Below are positions 9,724-18,425 of a DNA stretch of 64,000 nt, in pieces. The DNA comes from an uncultured Chloroflexia bacterium (GTDB lineage: Bacteria > Chloroflexota > Limnocylindria > Limnocylindrales > CSP1-4). Positions within the stretch are counted from its first letter, which is position 1; the number at the start of each line of letters is the position of its first letter. A program made the translations under genes and the position numbers. The stretch spans positions 294,723 to 358,722 of the forward strand of contig CAWKHN010000015.1 in the NCBI GenBank assembly GCA_963849495.1, given 5' to 3'. Under the pieces are notes generated by a model. It saw only the letters and a program-made list of their open reading frames with translations. It searched no databases and had not been told where the DNA came from.

Positions 9724-9893
9724 GCTGCCGTGACTCGCGTGGCAGCCTCACCCCTCGCACCACGCCCCACGCGCCACGACTCACGTGGCGAGTCAGGATG
9801 AGGTCCCGGCTGCGGCCTCGAGGCCGAATGTGCCCCTTCAGTGCGCCGCCACGCAGGCTGGGCCGCCGATTTGACACGCCGCGTGAGTCAGGC
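9724..9893. repeat. three palindromic TGACTCA/TGAGTCA-type motifs in the coxM-coxD intergenic region
   Basis: gctgccgtgactcgcgtggcagc (9724-9746); cacgactcacgtggcgagtcagg (9774-9796); cgccgcgtgagtcaggc (9878-9893). Confidence 0.6.
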
Positions 9894-10032
9894 TGTTGGG
9901 GCGAGGACCCGGCGATGACCCGGCGACGCCGCCGCGTGGACCCCGACGCCACCCCACCCCGCCGAGCCCCGCCGAGCCCCGCCGCGCGACGCGATCCGCC
10001 CACATCGCGGCAGCGGTGTAGCATCGCGGGCC

Positions 10033-11004
10033 ATGGGATCAGACCACTCTCTCTCCGCTGCGGGCACGGCCGCGGCCGCCGATCGGACCGAGAACCGCGC
10101 GGAGCGGCCTGAGGCCACGCGCTCCATCGAGGGCCTCCAGGAGGCCTTTCGCGAGCACGGCTACATCGCCGAGCGCTCGCTGGCCACCACGGTGTTCCTC
10201 GCCCTGGAGCTCGCGCGCCCGCTGCTGCTCGAAGGCGAGGCCGGCGTCGGCAAGACGGAGCTCGCGAAGGTCCTCGCGTCGACCCTCGACACGCGCCTCA
10301 TCCGCCTCCAGTGCTACGAGGGCCTGGACGTCAACACCGCCGTGTACGAGTGGAACTACCCGCGCCAGATGCTCGAGATCCGGCTGATGGAGGCCCGCGG
10401 CGAGGTCGCCAAGGCATCGGCCCATGACATCTTCGGCCCCGAGTTCCTGCTCAAGCGCCCGCTCCTCCAGGCGCTCGAGGCGACCGACGGCAACGCCCCG
10501 GTCCTGCTGATCGACGAGATCGATCGCGCGGATGAGGAGTTCGAGGCGTACCTGCTCGAGATCCTGTCCGACTTCCAGGTCACCGTCCCCGAGATCGGTA
10601 CCATCCGCGCCGTCCAGGCGCCGCGCGTCGTGCTCACCTCGAACCGCACCCGCGAGGTCCACGACGCGCTCAAGCGGCGCTGCCTGTACCACTGGATCGA
10701 CTACCCGACGGCCACCAAGGAGTTCGAGATCGTCGCGGCGCGCGTGCCGGACGCCCCGGCCCGGCTGGCCCGCGAGGTCGTCGGCTTCGTCCACCGCCTG
10801 CGCACCGCCGACCTGACCAAGGTGCCCGGTGTCGCAGAGACGCTCGACTGGGCGTCGGCGCTGCTGTCCCTCGGCGCGACGGAGCTGGCGCCTGACCTTG
10901 TCGACGAGACCCTCGGCGTGGTCCTCAAGTACGAGGAGGACATCCGCCAGGTCCAGGGCGCCACGGCGCGCCAGTTCCTGGCCGAGGCCACCGCCCAGGC
11001 ATGA
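10033..11004 (+). CDS. coxD: MoxR-type AAA+ ATPase CoxD (CODH maturation)
   Basis: Walker A GEAGVGKTE and Walker B LLIDEIDRAD are present; overall MoxR layout. Confidence 0.9.
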   Translation: MGSDHSLSAAGTAAAADRTENRAERPEATRSIEGLQEAFREHGYIAERSLATTVFLALELARPLLLEGEAGVGKTELAKVLASTLDTRLIRLQCYEGLDVNTAVYEWNYPRQMLEIRLMEARGEVAKASAHDIFGPEFLLKRPLLQALEATDGNAPVLLIDEIDRADEEFEAYLLEILSDFQVTVPEIGTIRAVQAPRVVLTSNRTREVHDALKRRCLYHWIDYPTATKEFEIVAARVPDAPARLAREVVGFVHRLRTADLTKVPGVAETLDWASALLSLGATELAPDLVDETLGVVLKYEEDIRQVQGATARQFLAEATAQA

Positions 11005-11843
11005 CGCCGGGGCTGGGGGCGGACGCGGACGACACGCGAGCCGGGGCCCGCATCGACCTCCATTGCCACACGCGGGCCAGCTTCGACGGCGTCGCGGACG
11101 CCGCGGCGCTGGTCGCACGGGCCGCGGCCATCGGGCTCCCCACCTGGCGGTCACGGACCACGACACGCTCGACGGCGCCTTCCGTGCCCGGGACGCCGCG
11201 CCGGCGGGGCTCCGGGTGACCCCGGTGACTACCTCTTCCCGGTGGATTCGAACGTGTGGCCGGCGTCCAAGCTCAACGCCGTCACGGACCAATCGCCGGA
11301 CCTCGAGGTGAAGCTGGACACTTCCGGCAACGCGGACGACACGCTCACCGTCCACTGGGACAACGGGATCCTGTCCGATGCGGCGCGGCCATACCGGGAG
11401 CTCCCCACGCTTCAGGGCCTCACGACGCTGGGCACGTACTTCCGGCTGTATGTCCCGGAGCGCAGCCGTCTCGCGACCGTGAACGTGGGGACCGGATCCC
11501 GATCACCTCGCCCTCGGACATGGAAGTTGAGGCCGGTCGCACGGTCATCGCCAACTACCTCAGGATCCCGCCCGGCTCGGCAACGCTCACCTACAGCTGG
11601 ATGAGCCCACACCCAGCGGACCTGGGAGATGACGGCATCACCACCTACCGGCTCACCATCCAGAAGCAGCCGGGTCTGCGCCCGGGACCACTCCACCTCC
11701 GGATCAGCCTCCCGCCCGGAGCGACACGCGTCGACGCCAGTCCCGGCCTGACCCTGGCGGGCGGGACCGCGACCGTGGATACGACCTTCGATCGGGACAT
11801 GGTCGTGGTCATCCGCTACCGCCCCGCCCCGGAGGTGCCGTAG
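11001..11843 (+). pseudogene. gene-decay region: truncated PHP-domain gene N-terminus joined, by frameshifts, to a C-terminal fragment of an unrelated protein
   Basis: 11001.. encodes MTPGLGADADDTRAGARIDLHCHTRASFDGVADAAALVARAAAIGLP (PHP motif DLHCHT). It continues in another frame as LAVTDHDTLDGAFRARDAAPAGLRVTPV. After that, two further frames carry ...NVWPASKLNAVTDQSPDLEVKLD... and ...LTYSWMSPHPADLGDDGITTYRLTIQ...RYRPAPEVP. Confidence 0.5.
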
Positions 11844-11999
11844 CCGGCCCTGACCCAACAGCGCCGGGGACGTTCGGATCGGCCGGCCTCGGGGCTGGGC
11901 CAGAGGAGCAGGCGTGCTTGATCGGACAGATGATGCCGGATGGTCGGCTCCACTCGCGGTTGGTGAGGTTCCTGCCCGTGGGTCGCGCGCCCGTATCCT

Positions 12000-12407
12000 G
12001 TGGGCGTGGTTGCGCGGATGGTGCGAGTCGTGCGAGATCCCCGTCCCCGGGCACTGTCATGGCTCCCGGCTGCCGCGTGGGCCACGGGGATCTTCATCGC
12101 CTCCGCACAGGCGAACCTGCGGTTTGTGCCGGACGAGACCCTCGACTTCGTCGTCCGCAAGATCGGCCACATGGGGGTGTTCGGGATCCTGTTGCTTCTC
12201 CTGTGGTGGGCGCTGGCCACGACGACGGGCTGGCGCCGGCCGTGGGCGTGGGCATTCGTGCTCACGGTCCTCTACGCGGCGAGCGACGAGTGGCACCAGG
12301 GGTTCACGGCGGGGCGGCACCCGGCCGTCCTCGATGTCGGGATCGATGCGACAGGCGCGCTGATCGCGCTGGCGGCGGTCGGGCTGATCCTTGCCCGCCG
12401 CGCCTGA
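12000..12407 (+). CDS. VanZ-like family membrane protein
   Basis: 135 aa, multi-TM. SDEWHQGFTAGRHPAVLDVGIDATG is the VanZ signature region. The start could also be the GTG at 12030. Confidence 0.6.
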   Translation: MGVVARMVRVVRDPRPRALSWLPAAAWATGIFIASAQANLRFVPDETLDFVVRKIGHMGVFGILLLLLWWALATTTGWRRPWAWAFVLTVLYAASDEWHQGFTAGRHPAVLDVGIDATGALIALAAVGLILARRA

Positions 12408-12437
12408 CGGGATCACTACCTAGACCCGATCGAACCT

Positions 12438-12460
12438 GCTGACTCACGCAGCATGAGTCG
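12438..12460. repeat. palindrome CTGACTCA-n7-TGAGTCGG (member of the dispersed motif family)
   Basis: ctgactcacgcagcatgagtcgg. Confidence 0.6.
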
Positions 12461-12640
12461 GCCCAGGATCCGCCCCGGTCAGCCCCCGGTCAGCGCCGGG
12501 TCTGTGCCGAGGCCGACCCGGCTCGGCGGCCGGGCCGTCGGGACGGGACCTCCCGAGCGCGACCCCCGCGCCGCTGGACTACCCTGTGCGCCATGCGTGA
12601 GATGCGGCGTGCCTGAGATCTGCGAGCCGGGGCGGACGGC

Positions 12641-14029
12641 GTGACCGCCCCCGGGCCCGCCATCCTCCTCGCCCCCACGGGCGAGGCCATCGACGGCCGG
12701 CGGCTGCTGGCCGAGGCGGTCGGGTTCGGGCGGGCGCTGCGGACCGCGGGCCTTCAGGTGGATCTCGTCGCGGCGATCGACTTCGCGCGCGCCCTGGGGC
12801 TCGTCGACGTGGGCGAGCGAGCGACGGTCAAGGACGCGGGGGCGGCCGTGTTCGTGCGCCGCCGGGACGATCGCGAGACGTACGACCGCGTGTTCGACCT
12901 GTTCTGGCGGCGGCGCGGCCGCCAGCTGGCCCGGCCGCGCATCGATCCGACGGCGGCGCCCGACGCGGACCGCGAGGAGGGCGAGCCGGGCGCGACGGAC
13001 GAGCCGGGCGACGGCACCGAGGCCACCATGACGGAGCTCGCCCGGATGGGCATTCAGGTGGCGACCGATGCCGATGAGGGCGGCGAGATCGAGGGGGCGA
13101 CCATCTCGCCCGATGCCTACTCGCGCGGGGAGGTCCTCCGCCACCGTGACTTCGACCGGATGACGGCCGCCGAGCTGCGCGATGCCGAGCGCTTCGTGGA
13201 CCTGCTGCGCCCGAGGCTGGAGCGGCGCAAGACGCGTCGCCAGGAGCTGCACCCGCACGGCCGGCGCCTGGCGGCCCGCGCGATGTTCCGCCGCAACCTC
13301 GCCACCGGCGAGCTCACGGAATGGGTGTGGCGGCGGCAGGTTCGGGAGCCGCGCCAGCTCGTGGTGCTGTGCGACATCTCGGGCTCCATGGAACGCCATG
13401 CGCGCCTGCTGCTCCGGTTCATCCAGGCGCTCGCGCGGACCAACGAGGTGCGCACGGAGTCGTTCGTGTTCGGCACCCGGCTGACGCGGGTGACCCGGCT
13501 GCTCAAGGACCGCAACCGGGACCGGGCGCTGGAGCGGGTGGCCGATTCCGTCAACGACTGGGCGGGCGGCACCCGGATCGGGGAGTCGTTCCGCGACTTC
13601 AACCACCGCTGGGCGCGGCGCACGCTGCGGACCTCCGGGGTGGTGATCGTCGTGTCGGACGGCTGGGATCGCGGCGACCCGGCGCTGGTGGCCGCGGAGA
13701 CCGCCCGCCTGCGGCGCAACTGCCATCGCCTGGTGTGGCTCAACCCGCTGGCGTCGGCCCCGGGCTACCTGCCGCTCGCCGCCGGCATGAAGGCCGCCTA
13801 CCCGTACATCGACGACTTCCTGCCCGCCGGCACGCTCGGCTCGCTCGAGCGGCTGGGGGAGGTCCTTGCGGGCGCATCGCAGGGGACCGCGCGCAGGGGA
13901 TCGGCGGTCACCCACGCTGCGACCGTGGCCCCGTCGCTGGGCCTGTTTGCGCCGGAATCGGAGGCTCCGCGCGCGCTCGACGCGGCCCCCGGCGAAGCGG
14001 ACGACGCACGCGCCCGCCCCCTCACCTGA
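12641..14029 (+). CDS. coxE: VWA-domain protein CoxE (CODH maturation)
   Basis: 462 aa. LVVLCDISGSMERHARLL is the VWA_CoxE MIDAS-type motif. GTG start. Confidence 0.85.
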   Translation: MTAPGPAILLAPTGEAIDGRRLLAEAVGFGRALRTAGLQVDLVAAIDFARALGLVDVGERATVKDAGAAVFVRRRDDRETYDRVFDLFWRRRGRQLARPRIDPTAAPDADREEGEPGATDEPGDGTEATMTELARMGIQVATDADEGGEIEGATISPDAYSRGEVLRHRDFDRMTAAELRDAERFVDLLRPRLERRKTRRQELHPHGRRLAARAMFRRNLATGELTEWVWRRQVREPRQLVVLCDISGSMERHARLLLRFIQALARTNEVRTESFVFGTRLTRVTRLLKDRNRDRALERVADSVNDWAGGTRIGESFRDFNHRWARRTLRTSGVVIVVSDGWDRGDPALVAAETARLRRNCHRLVWLNPLASAPGYLPLAAGMKAAYPYIDDFLPAGTLGSLERLGEVLAGASQGTARRGSAVTHAATVAPSLGLFAPESEAPRALDAAPGEADDARARPLT

Positions 14030-14080
14030 CGCCCGAGAATCGACCCCGCAACACACGACCCCGCGAAGCCGGAGGACACG

Positions 14081-15268
14081 ATGCAGGAGCTGCTGGAGAC
14101 GCTGGACCGATGGCGCGCCGAGGACGTGGGCGTCGGCCGCGCGGTCGTGGTCCGGACGTTCGGCAGCGCCCCGCGGCCGGAGGGCGCCGTCCTTCTCGTG
14201 ACCGACGACGGCCGTCTGGCCGGCTCCGTGTCCGGCGGCTGCGTGGAAGGAGCGGCGGCCGAGGAGATCCATGTCGCGCGCGCGACCGGCCGGGAGCGGG
14301 TGATCCGCTACGGGATCAGCGACGAGCAGGCGTGGGACGTGGGGCTCGCCTGCGGCGGCACGATCGACGTCCTGGTCTCTCCCTGGGTGCCGGAGGTCGC
14401 GGCTGCGGCCGCCCGCGAGACGCGCGATGGCCTGGGCGACGGGCGCGCGATCGTGACGCCGCTGCCGGCCGATGCGCCGCCTCCGACGTTCGGCGCGCAC
14501 GCGCCGGGGCAGGGGAGCGAGCCGTCTTCGCCGCTCGTCGTGCACGACGACGGGCACCTGGACGGGTCGCTGGGCGATCCCGATGCCGATGCGGCGCTCG
14601 TCGCGGCAGCCCGCGATGCGCTGGCCCACGGCGTGTCGCGCACGGTCGAGATCGGCGGGCGCCAGCTGTTCGTCGAGGCGTATCCGATCCGGCCGCGACT
14701 GGTCGTCGTGGGGGCGGTCGAGGTGTCCCGGTTCCTGGTCCGGCTCGCGAAGGAGCTGGGCTACGAGACGGTGGTGATCGACGGGCGGGCGGCGTTCGCC
14801 ACGGAGGCCCGCTTCCCGGACGTGGACCGGCTGATCGTCGGCTGGCCGGACGAGGTGGCCGACGATATCGGGCTCGGACCGGCCGACGCGGTTGCGGTCC
14901 TCACCCACGACGTGAAGTTCGACGAACCGGCGATCGTCGCGGCGCTGGCCCGGGGCTGCCGCTATGTCGGCGCGGTCGGGTCGCGCAAGACGCAGGCGGA
15001 CCGGCGGGCGAGGTTGCTCGAGGCGGGCGTCGCGCCCGAGGACCTGGACCGGCTGCGGGGGCCGATCGGGCTCGATCTCGGCGGGCGGCTGCCGTCCGAG
15101 ACGGCGCTCGCGATCCTGGCCGAGATCGTCGCGGAACGGAGAGCCGGCACGGGGCGGCCGATGCGGGAGCTGGCCCGGGCTCGGGAAGCGGCTGCCGCGA
15201 CGGGTTCGGCGGCGGGCCCCACGGCGGCGGACACCGCGACAGCCACCGGCCCCGCGGTGGCCGGGTGA
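14081..15268 (+). CDS. coxI: XdhC/CoxI-family molybdenum cofactor insertion chaperone
   Basis: N-terminal XdhC_CoxI domain (RAVVVRTFGSAPRPEGAVLLVTDDGRLAGSVSGGCVE) plus a C-terminal Rossmann-like domain (VVVGAVEVSRFLVRLAKELGY). Confidence 0.85.
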   Translation: MQELLETLDRWRAEDVGVGRAVVVRTFGSAPRPEGAVLLVTDDGRLAGSVSGGCVEGAAAEEIHVARATGRERVIRYGISDEQAWDVGLACGGTIDVLVSPWVPEVAAAAARETRDGLGDGRAIVTPLPADAPPPTFGAHAPGQGSEPSSPLVVHDDGHLDGSLGDPDADAALVAAARDALAHGVSRTVEIGGRQLFVEAYPIRPRLVVVGAVEVSRFLVRLAKELGYETVVIDGRAAFATEARFPDVDRLIVGWPDEVADDIGLGPADAVAVLTHDVKFDEPAIVAALARGCRYVGAVGSRKTQADRRARLLEAGVAPEDLDRLRGPIGLDLGGRLPSETALAILAEIVAERRAGTGRPMRELARAREAAAATGSAAGPTAADTATATGPAVAG

Positions 15269-15909
15269 AGGTCGTCGCGATCGTCCTCGCCGCAGGCGCC
15301 AGCCGGCGCTTCGGATCGCCCAAGCTGCTCGCACCGCTCGACGGCCGGCCGCTGCTCCAGCACGTGCTCGACACCGTCGCGATGGCCAGGCTCGAGGACG
15401 TCGTCGTGGTCCTGGGCGACGAAGCTGTTGCCATCGAGGCGGCGATCGGCTGGCGCGGCGAGCGCCGGGTCGTCAACCCGAGGCCGCAGGACGGCCTGTC
15501 GAGCTCGCTGCGCGTGGGGCTGGACGCGGCGGCCGAGGATCCCGAGGTCGATGCCGTGCTCGTCGTGCTGGGCGATCAGCCGTGGCTCCGTCCGGAGGTC
15601 GTGGCCGAAGTGCTGGACGCCGCGACCGCCGGGACCGCCGTGACCGATGCCGCACTGCCGCCGGCCGACCCGGCGCCACCCCGGCCGATCATCCGCGTCC
15701 GGTACGCGGACGACGATGCGCCCAACCCGGTGCTCTTCCGGCGGACCGGGTGGGCGCTGGCGGCGGGTCTCGAGGGCGACCGCGGCTTCGGACCGTTGCT
15801 CGCCCGCCACCCGGACCTCGTGGAGGAGGTGCGCATCGGCGGCCGGAACCCCGACGTCGATACCCCGGCCGACCTCCCGATCGATCCGTCGACGGCGAGG
15901 CTGTCGTGA
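15265..15909 (+). CDS. mocA: MobA-like NTP transferase, probable CTP:molybdopterin cytidylyltransferase (MocA-like)
   Basis: GTG at 15265 overlaps the preceding stop (GTGA). VVAIVLAAGASRRFGSPKLLAPLDGRPLL is the nucleotidyltransferase N-terminal motif. The product is hidden inside the long ORF 13321..15909. Confidence 0.8.
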   Translation: MKVVAIVLAAGASRRFGSPKLLAPLDGRPLLQHVLDTVAMARLEDVVVVLGDEAVAIEAAIGWRGERRVVNPRPQDGLSSSLRVGLDAAAEDPEVDAVLVVLGDQPWLRPEVVAEVLDAATAGTAVTDAALPPADPAPPRPIIRVRYADDDAPNPVLFRRTGWALAAGLEGDRGFGPLLARHPDLVEEVRIGGRNPDVDTPADLPIDPSTARLS

Positions 15910-16766
15910 GCATCGACCCGCGATCGGCCCCCGCCGGGGACCTCGAGACCGCGTGGGCCGAGCGCGTCCGCGCCAACCGGGAGCAGGCCGAGCGGGTGCG
16001 CGAGGTCCAGGCGGGCGATTTCTACGCCCCGGTGTCGGCGACGTTCGTCGCGGATCCGCGACGGACCGGCGAGCCGGCGCTCACGCTGCTGCGGGAGATG
16101 GCCGGTGCCGGGGAGACGTGGCTGGACATCGGTGCCGGCGCGGGACGCTACGCCCTGCCGCTCGCGCTGATCGTGCATCACGTGATCGCCGTCGAGCCGT
16201 CGCCCGGGATGCGCCGGGCGCTCCGGTTGGGCCTGTCGGAGCACGGGATCACGAACGTCCGGGTGATCGCCGGCGCGTGGCCGGGCGCGCTGGCGCAGCT
16301 GGGCCCGCCGCCCGTGGCGGACGTCGCCCTCATCGCCCACGTTGGCTACGACATCGAGGCGATCGGCCCATTCCTCGACGCGATGGAGGCGGCGACCGGC
16401 GATCGGTGCGTCGCCGTGCTCACCGATCGCAGCCCGGCAGCGGTCGCGGATCCGTTCTGGCCGATCGTCCACGGCGAGGCGCGCGTGCCGCTCCCGGCCC
16501 TGCCCGAGCTGCTGGCGATCCTCCACGCCCGCGGTCGCGAGACCGAGGTGGAGCGCGTCGAGCGCCCTGCCCGGACGTTCGAGTCCCCGCAGACGCTGGC
16601 CGCGTTCCTGCGTCGCCAGCTGTTCATCGCCGAGGCCAGCGAGAAGGACGAGCGGTTCCGGGCCGGCGTGCGCGATCTGACGGTGGTGCGGGACGGGGGC
16701 TGGACGCTCGCGGATCCGCCTGCGGGCGTGATCGGCGTCGTCACCTGGCGTCCAGGGCCCGGCTGA
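15906..16766 (+). CDS. class I SAM-dependent methyltransferase, translationally coupled to mocA
   Basis: GTG at 15906 overlaps the mocA stop (GTGA). LDIGAGAGRYALPLA is SAM-binding motif I. The product is hidden inside ORF 14964..16766. Confidence 0.7.
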   Translation: MSIDPRSAPAGDLETAWAERVRANREQAERVREVQAGDFYAPVSATFVADPRRTGEPALTLLREMAGAGETWLDIGAGAGRYALPLALIVHHVIAVEPSPGMRRALRLGLSEHGITNVRVIAGAWPGALAQLGPPPVADVALIAHVGYDIEAIGPFLDAMEAATGDRCVAVLTDRSPAAVADPFWPIVHGEARVPLPALPELLAILHARGRETEVERVERPARTFESPQTLAAFLRRQLFIAEASEKDERFRAGVRDLTVVRDGGWTLADPPAGVIGVVTWRPGPG

Positions 16767-16840
16767 GGGCGGGGCCGGGCGGCTCGCCAGAGCGGCCTCC
16801 GGTGCGCGTGCCGAAACCTTGGTGAACCTCGGTTGACGGC

Positions 16841-16875
16841 TTTCGGATCGCGCGCGGATACTTTGGTCTCGCCAG
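16841..16875 (+). promoter_or_regulatory. candidate sigma-70-like promoter for the form I cox operon (TTGACG-n18-GATACT)
   Basis: ggTTGACGgctttcggatcgcgcgcgGATACTttgg, about 140 nt upstream of the coxM ATG. The RBS AAGGAGGG precedes the ATG at 17016. Confidence 0.3.
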
Positions 16876-17015
16876 AACCCCAACGTCCCCCAGCGCGACC
16901 GTGGCCGACGGTGACGGTCGCAACCCGATCGTCATGGCAACGCCGAGCCCGTCCCCCTGGGCCGGGCCCGACATCGGCTCCGCGCCCCAGGTGCGGAAAG
17001 GAGGGTTGGCAGCGC

Positions 17016-17888
17016 ATGATTCCCGGCCAGTTCGAGTACGTCCGTCCGGCGTCGCTGGATGAGGCGTTGCGCATCCTCAAGGAGCGCGAGGGGGAGGCGA
17101 AGATCCTCTCCGGGGGCTACAGCCTCATCCCTCTCATGAAGCTCCGGCTGGCACAGCCGGCCCTGCTGGTGGACATCCAGGCGGTCGGCGGTCTCAACGG
17201 CATCACGCGCACCGACACCGAGTGGCGGATCGGCGGCCGGACCACCCATCGGGCGATCCTCGAGAACGACGAGCTGACGGCCGGGCTCCCCATCGTCCAC
17301 GACGCGGCCGGTGGCATCGGCGACCCGCAGGTTCGCAACTGGGGAACGATCGGCGGCTCCTGCGCGCACGCGGACCCGGGCTCGGACTGGCCGGCCGTCC
17401 TGCTGTCCCTCGGCGCCTCGTTCGTGTGCCGCAGCGCGGACGGTGAGCGCGTGCTCCCGGCGCGCGGCTTCTTCCTGGACACGTTCCAGACCGGCATCGA
17501 GCCCACCGAGGTCCTCACCGAGGTGCGCATCCCGCGCGCCGCGGCGCACACCGGTTCCGCCTACGTCAAGCTGGAGCGGCGGGCCGGCGACTTCGCGACG
17601 GTCGGTGCCGCGGCCGTGCTCACGCTCGGTGGTGACGGCCGGATCGCCGCGGCGGGCATGGCGCTGACCGCCGTCGCGGACGCACCGTTCGCGGCAACGG
17701 ACGCCGAGGCGGCCCTGGTCGGGGAGGAGCCGGGCGAGGACACCTTCAAGACCGCGGCGGCCGCCGCATCGGCCCAGGCCCGTCCGGTGGCCGACAGCCA
17801 CGGCCCGGCCGATTACAAGCTGGCGATGGTCCGCGAGATCACGGTCAGGGCCCTGCGCCTGGCCGCGTCCCGGGCGCAGGACGCGTGA
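17016..17888 (+). CDS. coxM: CO dehydrogenase medium (FAD) subunit, form I cluster
   Basis: ORF 16833..17888. ATG at 17016 after [31 protein letters not shown]...[14 protein letters not shown]. Confidence 0.9.
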   Translation: MIPGQFEYVRPASLDEALRILKEREGEAKILSGGYSLIPLMKLRLAQPALLVDIQAVGGLNGITRTDTEWRIGGRTTHRAILENDELTAGLPIVHDAAGGIGDPQVRNWGTIGGSCAHADPGSDWPAVLLSLGASFVCRSADGERVLPARGFFLDTFQTGIEPTEVLTEVRIPRAAAHTGSAYVKLERRAGDFATVGAAAVLTLGGDGRIAAAGMALTAVADAPFAATDAEAALVGEEPGEDTFKTAAAAASAQARPVADSHGPADYKLAMVREITVRALRLAASRAQDA

Positions 17889-17901
17889 GAGGAGCGGATC
17901 G

Positions 17902-18408
17902 ATGAGCACCCAGCACATCTCGGTCACCGTCAACGGGGTGGCCCGCGAGGCCGACGTCGAGCCCCGCCTCCTGCTCGTCCACCTCCTCCGCGACGTGTTC
18001 GGTCTCACCGGCACGCACACCGGGTGCGACACGAGCAACTGCGGCGCCTGCACCATCCACGTGGACGGCCGGAGCGCGAAGTCGTGCACGATGCTGGCCG
18101 TCCAGGCGAGCGGCGCCTCGATCACCACGATCGAGGGCATGGAGCAGGGCGGCAAGCTTCACCCGCTCCAGCAGGCGTTCTGGGACCAGCACGGCCTCCA
18201 GTGCGGTTTCTGCACGCCGGGCATGATCATGGAGTCGGCCTGGATGCTGGCCCAGAACCCGGATCCCTCCGAGCAGGAGATCCGCGAGGGGATCGCCGGC
18301 AACCTGTGCCGGTGCACCGGCTACGTGAACATCGTCAAGGCGATCCAGCAGGGTGCCGCCGAGCTCCGGGCCGACACGGCCACGGGTGCCGGCGCGGCGT
18401 CCGCCTGA
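17902..18408 (+). CDS. coxS: CO dehydrogenase small (2Fe-2S) subunit, form I cluster
   Basis: [15 protein letters not shown] and [10 protein letters not shown]...CRCTGY. Confidence 0.9.
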   Translation: MSTQHISVTVNGVAREADVEPRLLLVHLLRDVFGLTGTHTGCDTSNCGACTIHVDGRSAKSCTMLAVQASGASITTIEGMEQGGKLHPLQQAFWDQHGLQCGFCTPGMIMESAWMLAQNPDPSEQEIREGIAGNLCRCTGYVNIVKAIQQGAAELRADTATGAGAASA

Positions 18409-18425
18409 GCCCCGAAGGAGACGAG

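Noticed and set aside
7703-10024. 773-aa minus-strand ORF across coxM and the molybdopterin-binding-domain gene
   Set aside because: Antisense to well-supported cox genes. Composition is dominated by R/G/A/D with no recognisable motifs.
11914-12442. ORFs 11914..12363 and 11918..12442 overlapping the VanZ-like gene
   Set aside because: They are alternative frames of the same region with Arg/Gly-rich products. The 12000..12407 frame gives a coherent multi-TM VanZ-like protein.
12479-15909. 951-aa minus ORF 12479..15334 and 862-aa plus ORF 13321..15909
   Set aside because: Both are artefacts spanning coxE and coxI. Only the last 214 codons of 13321..15909 (from the GTG at 15265) are real, forming the MocA-like gene.
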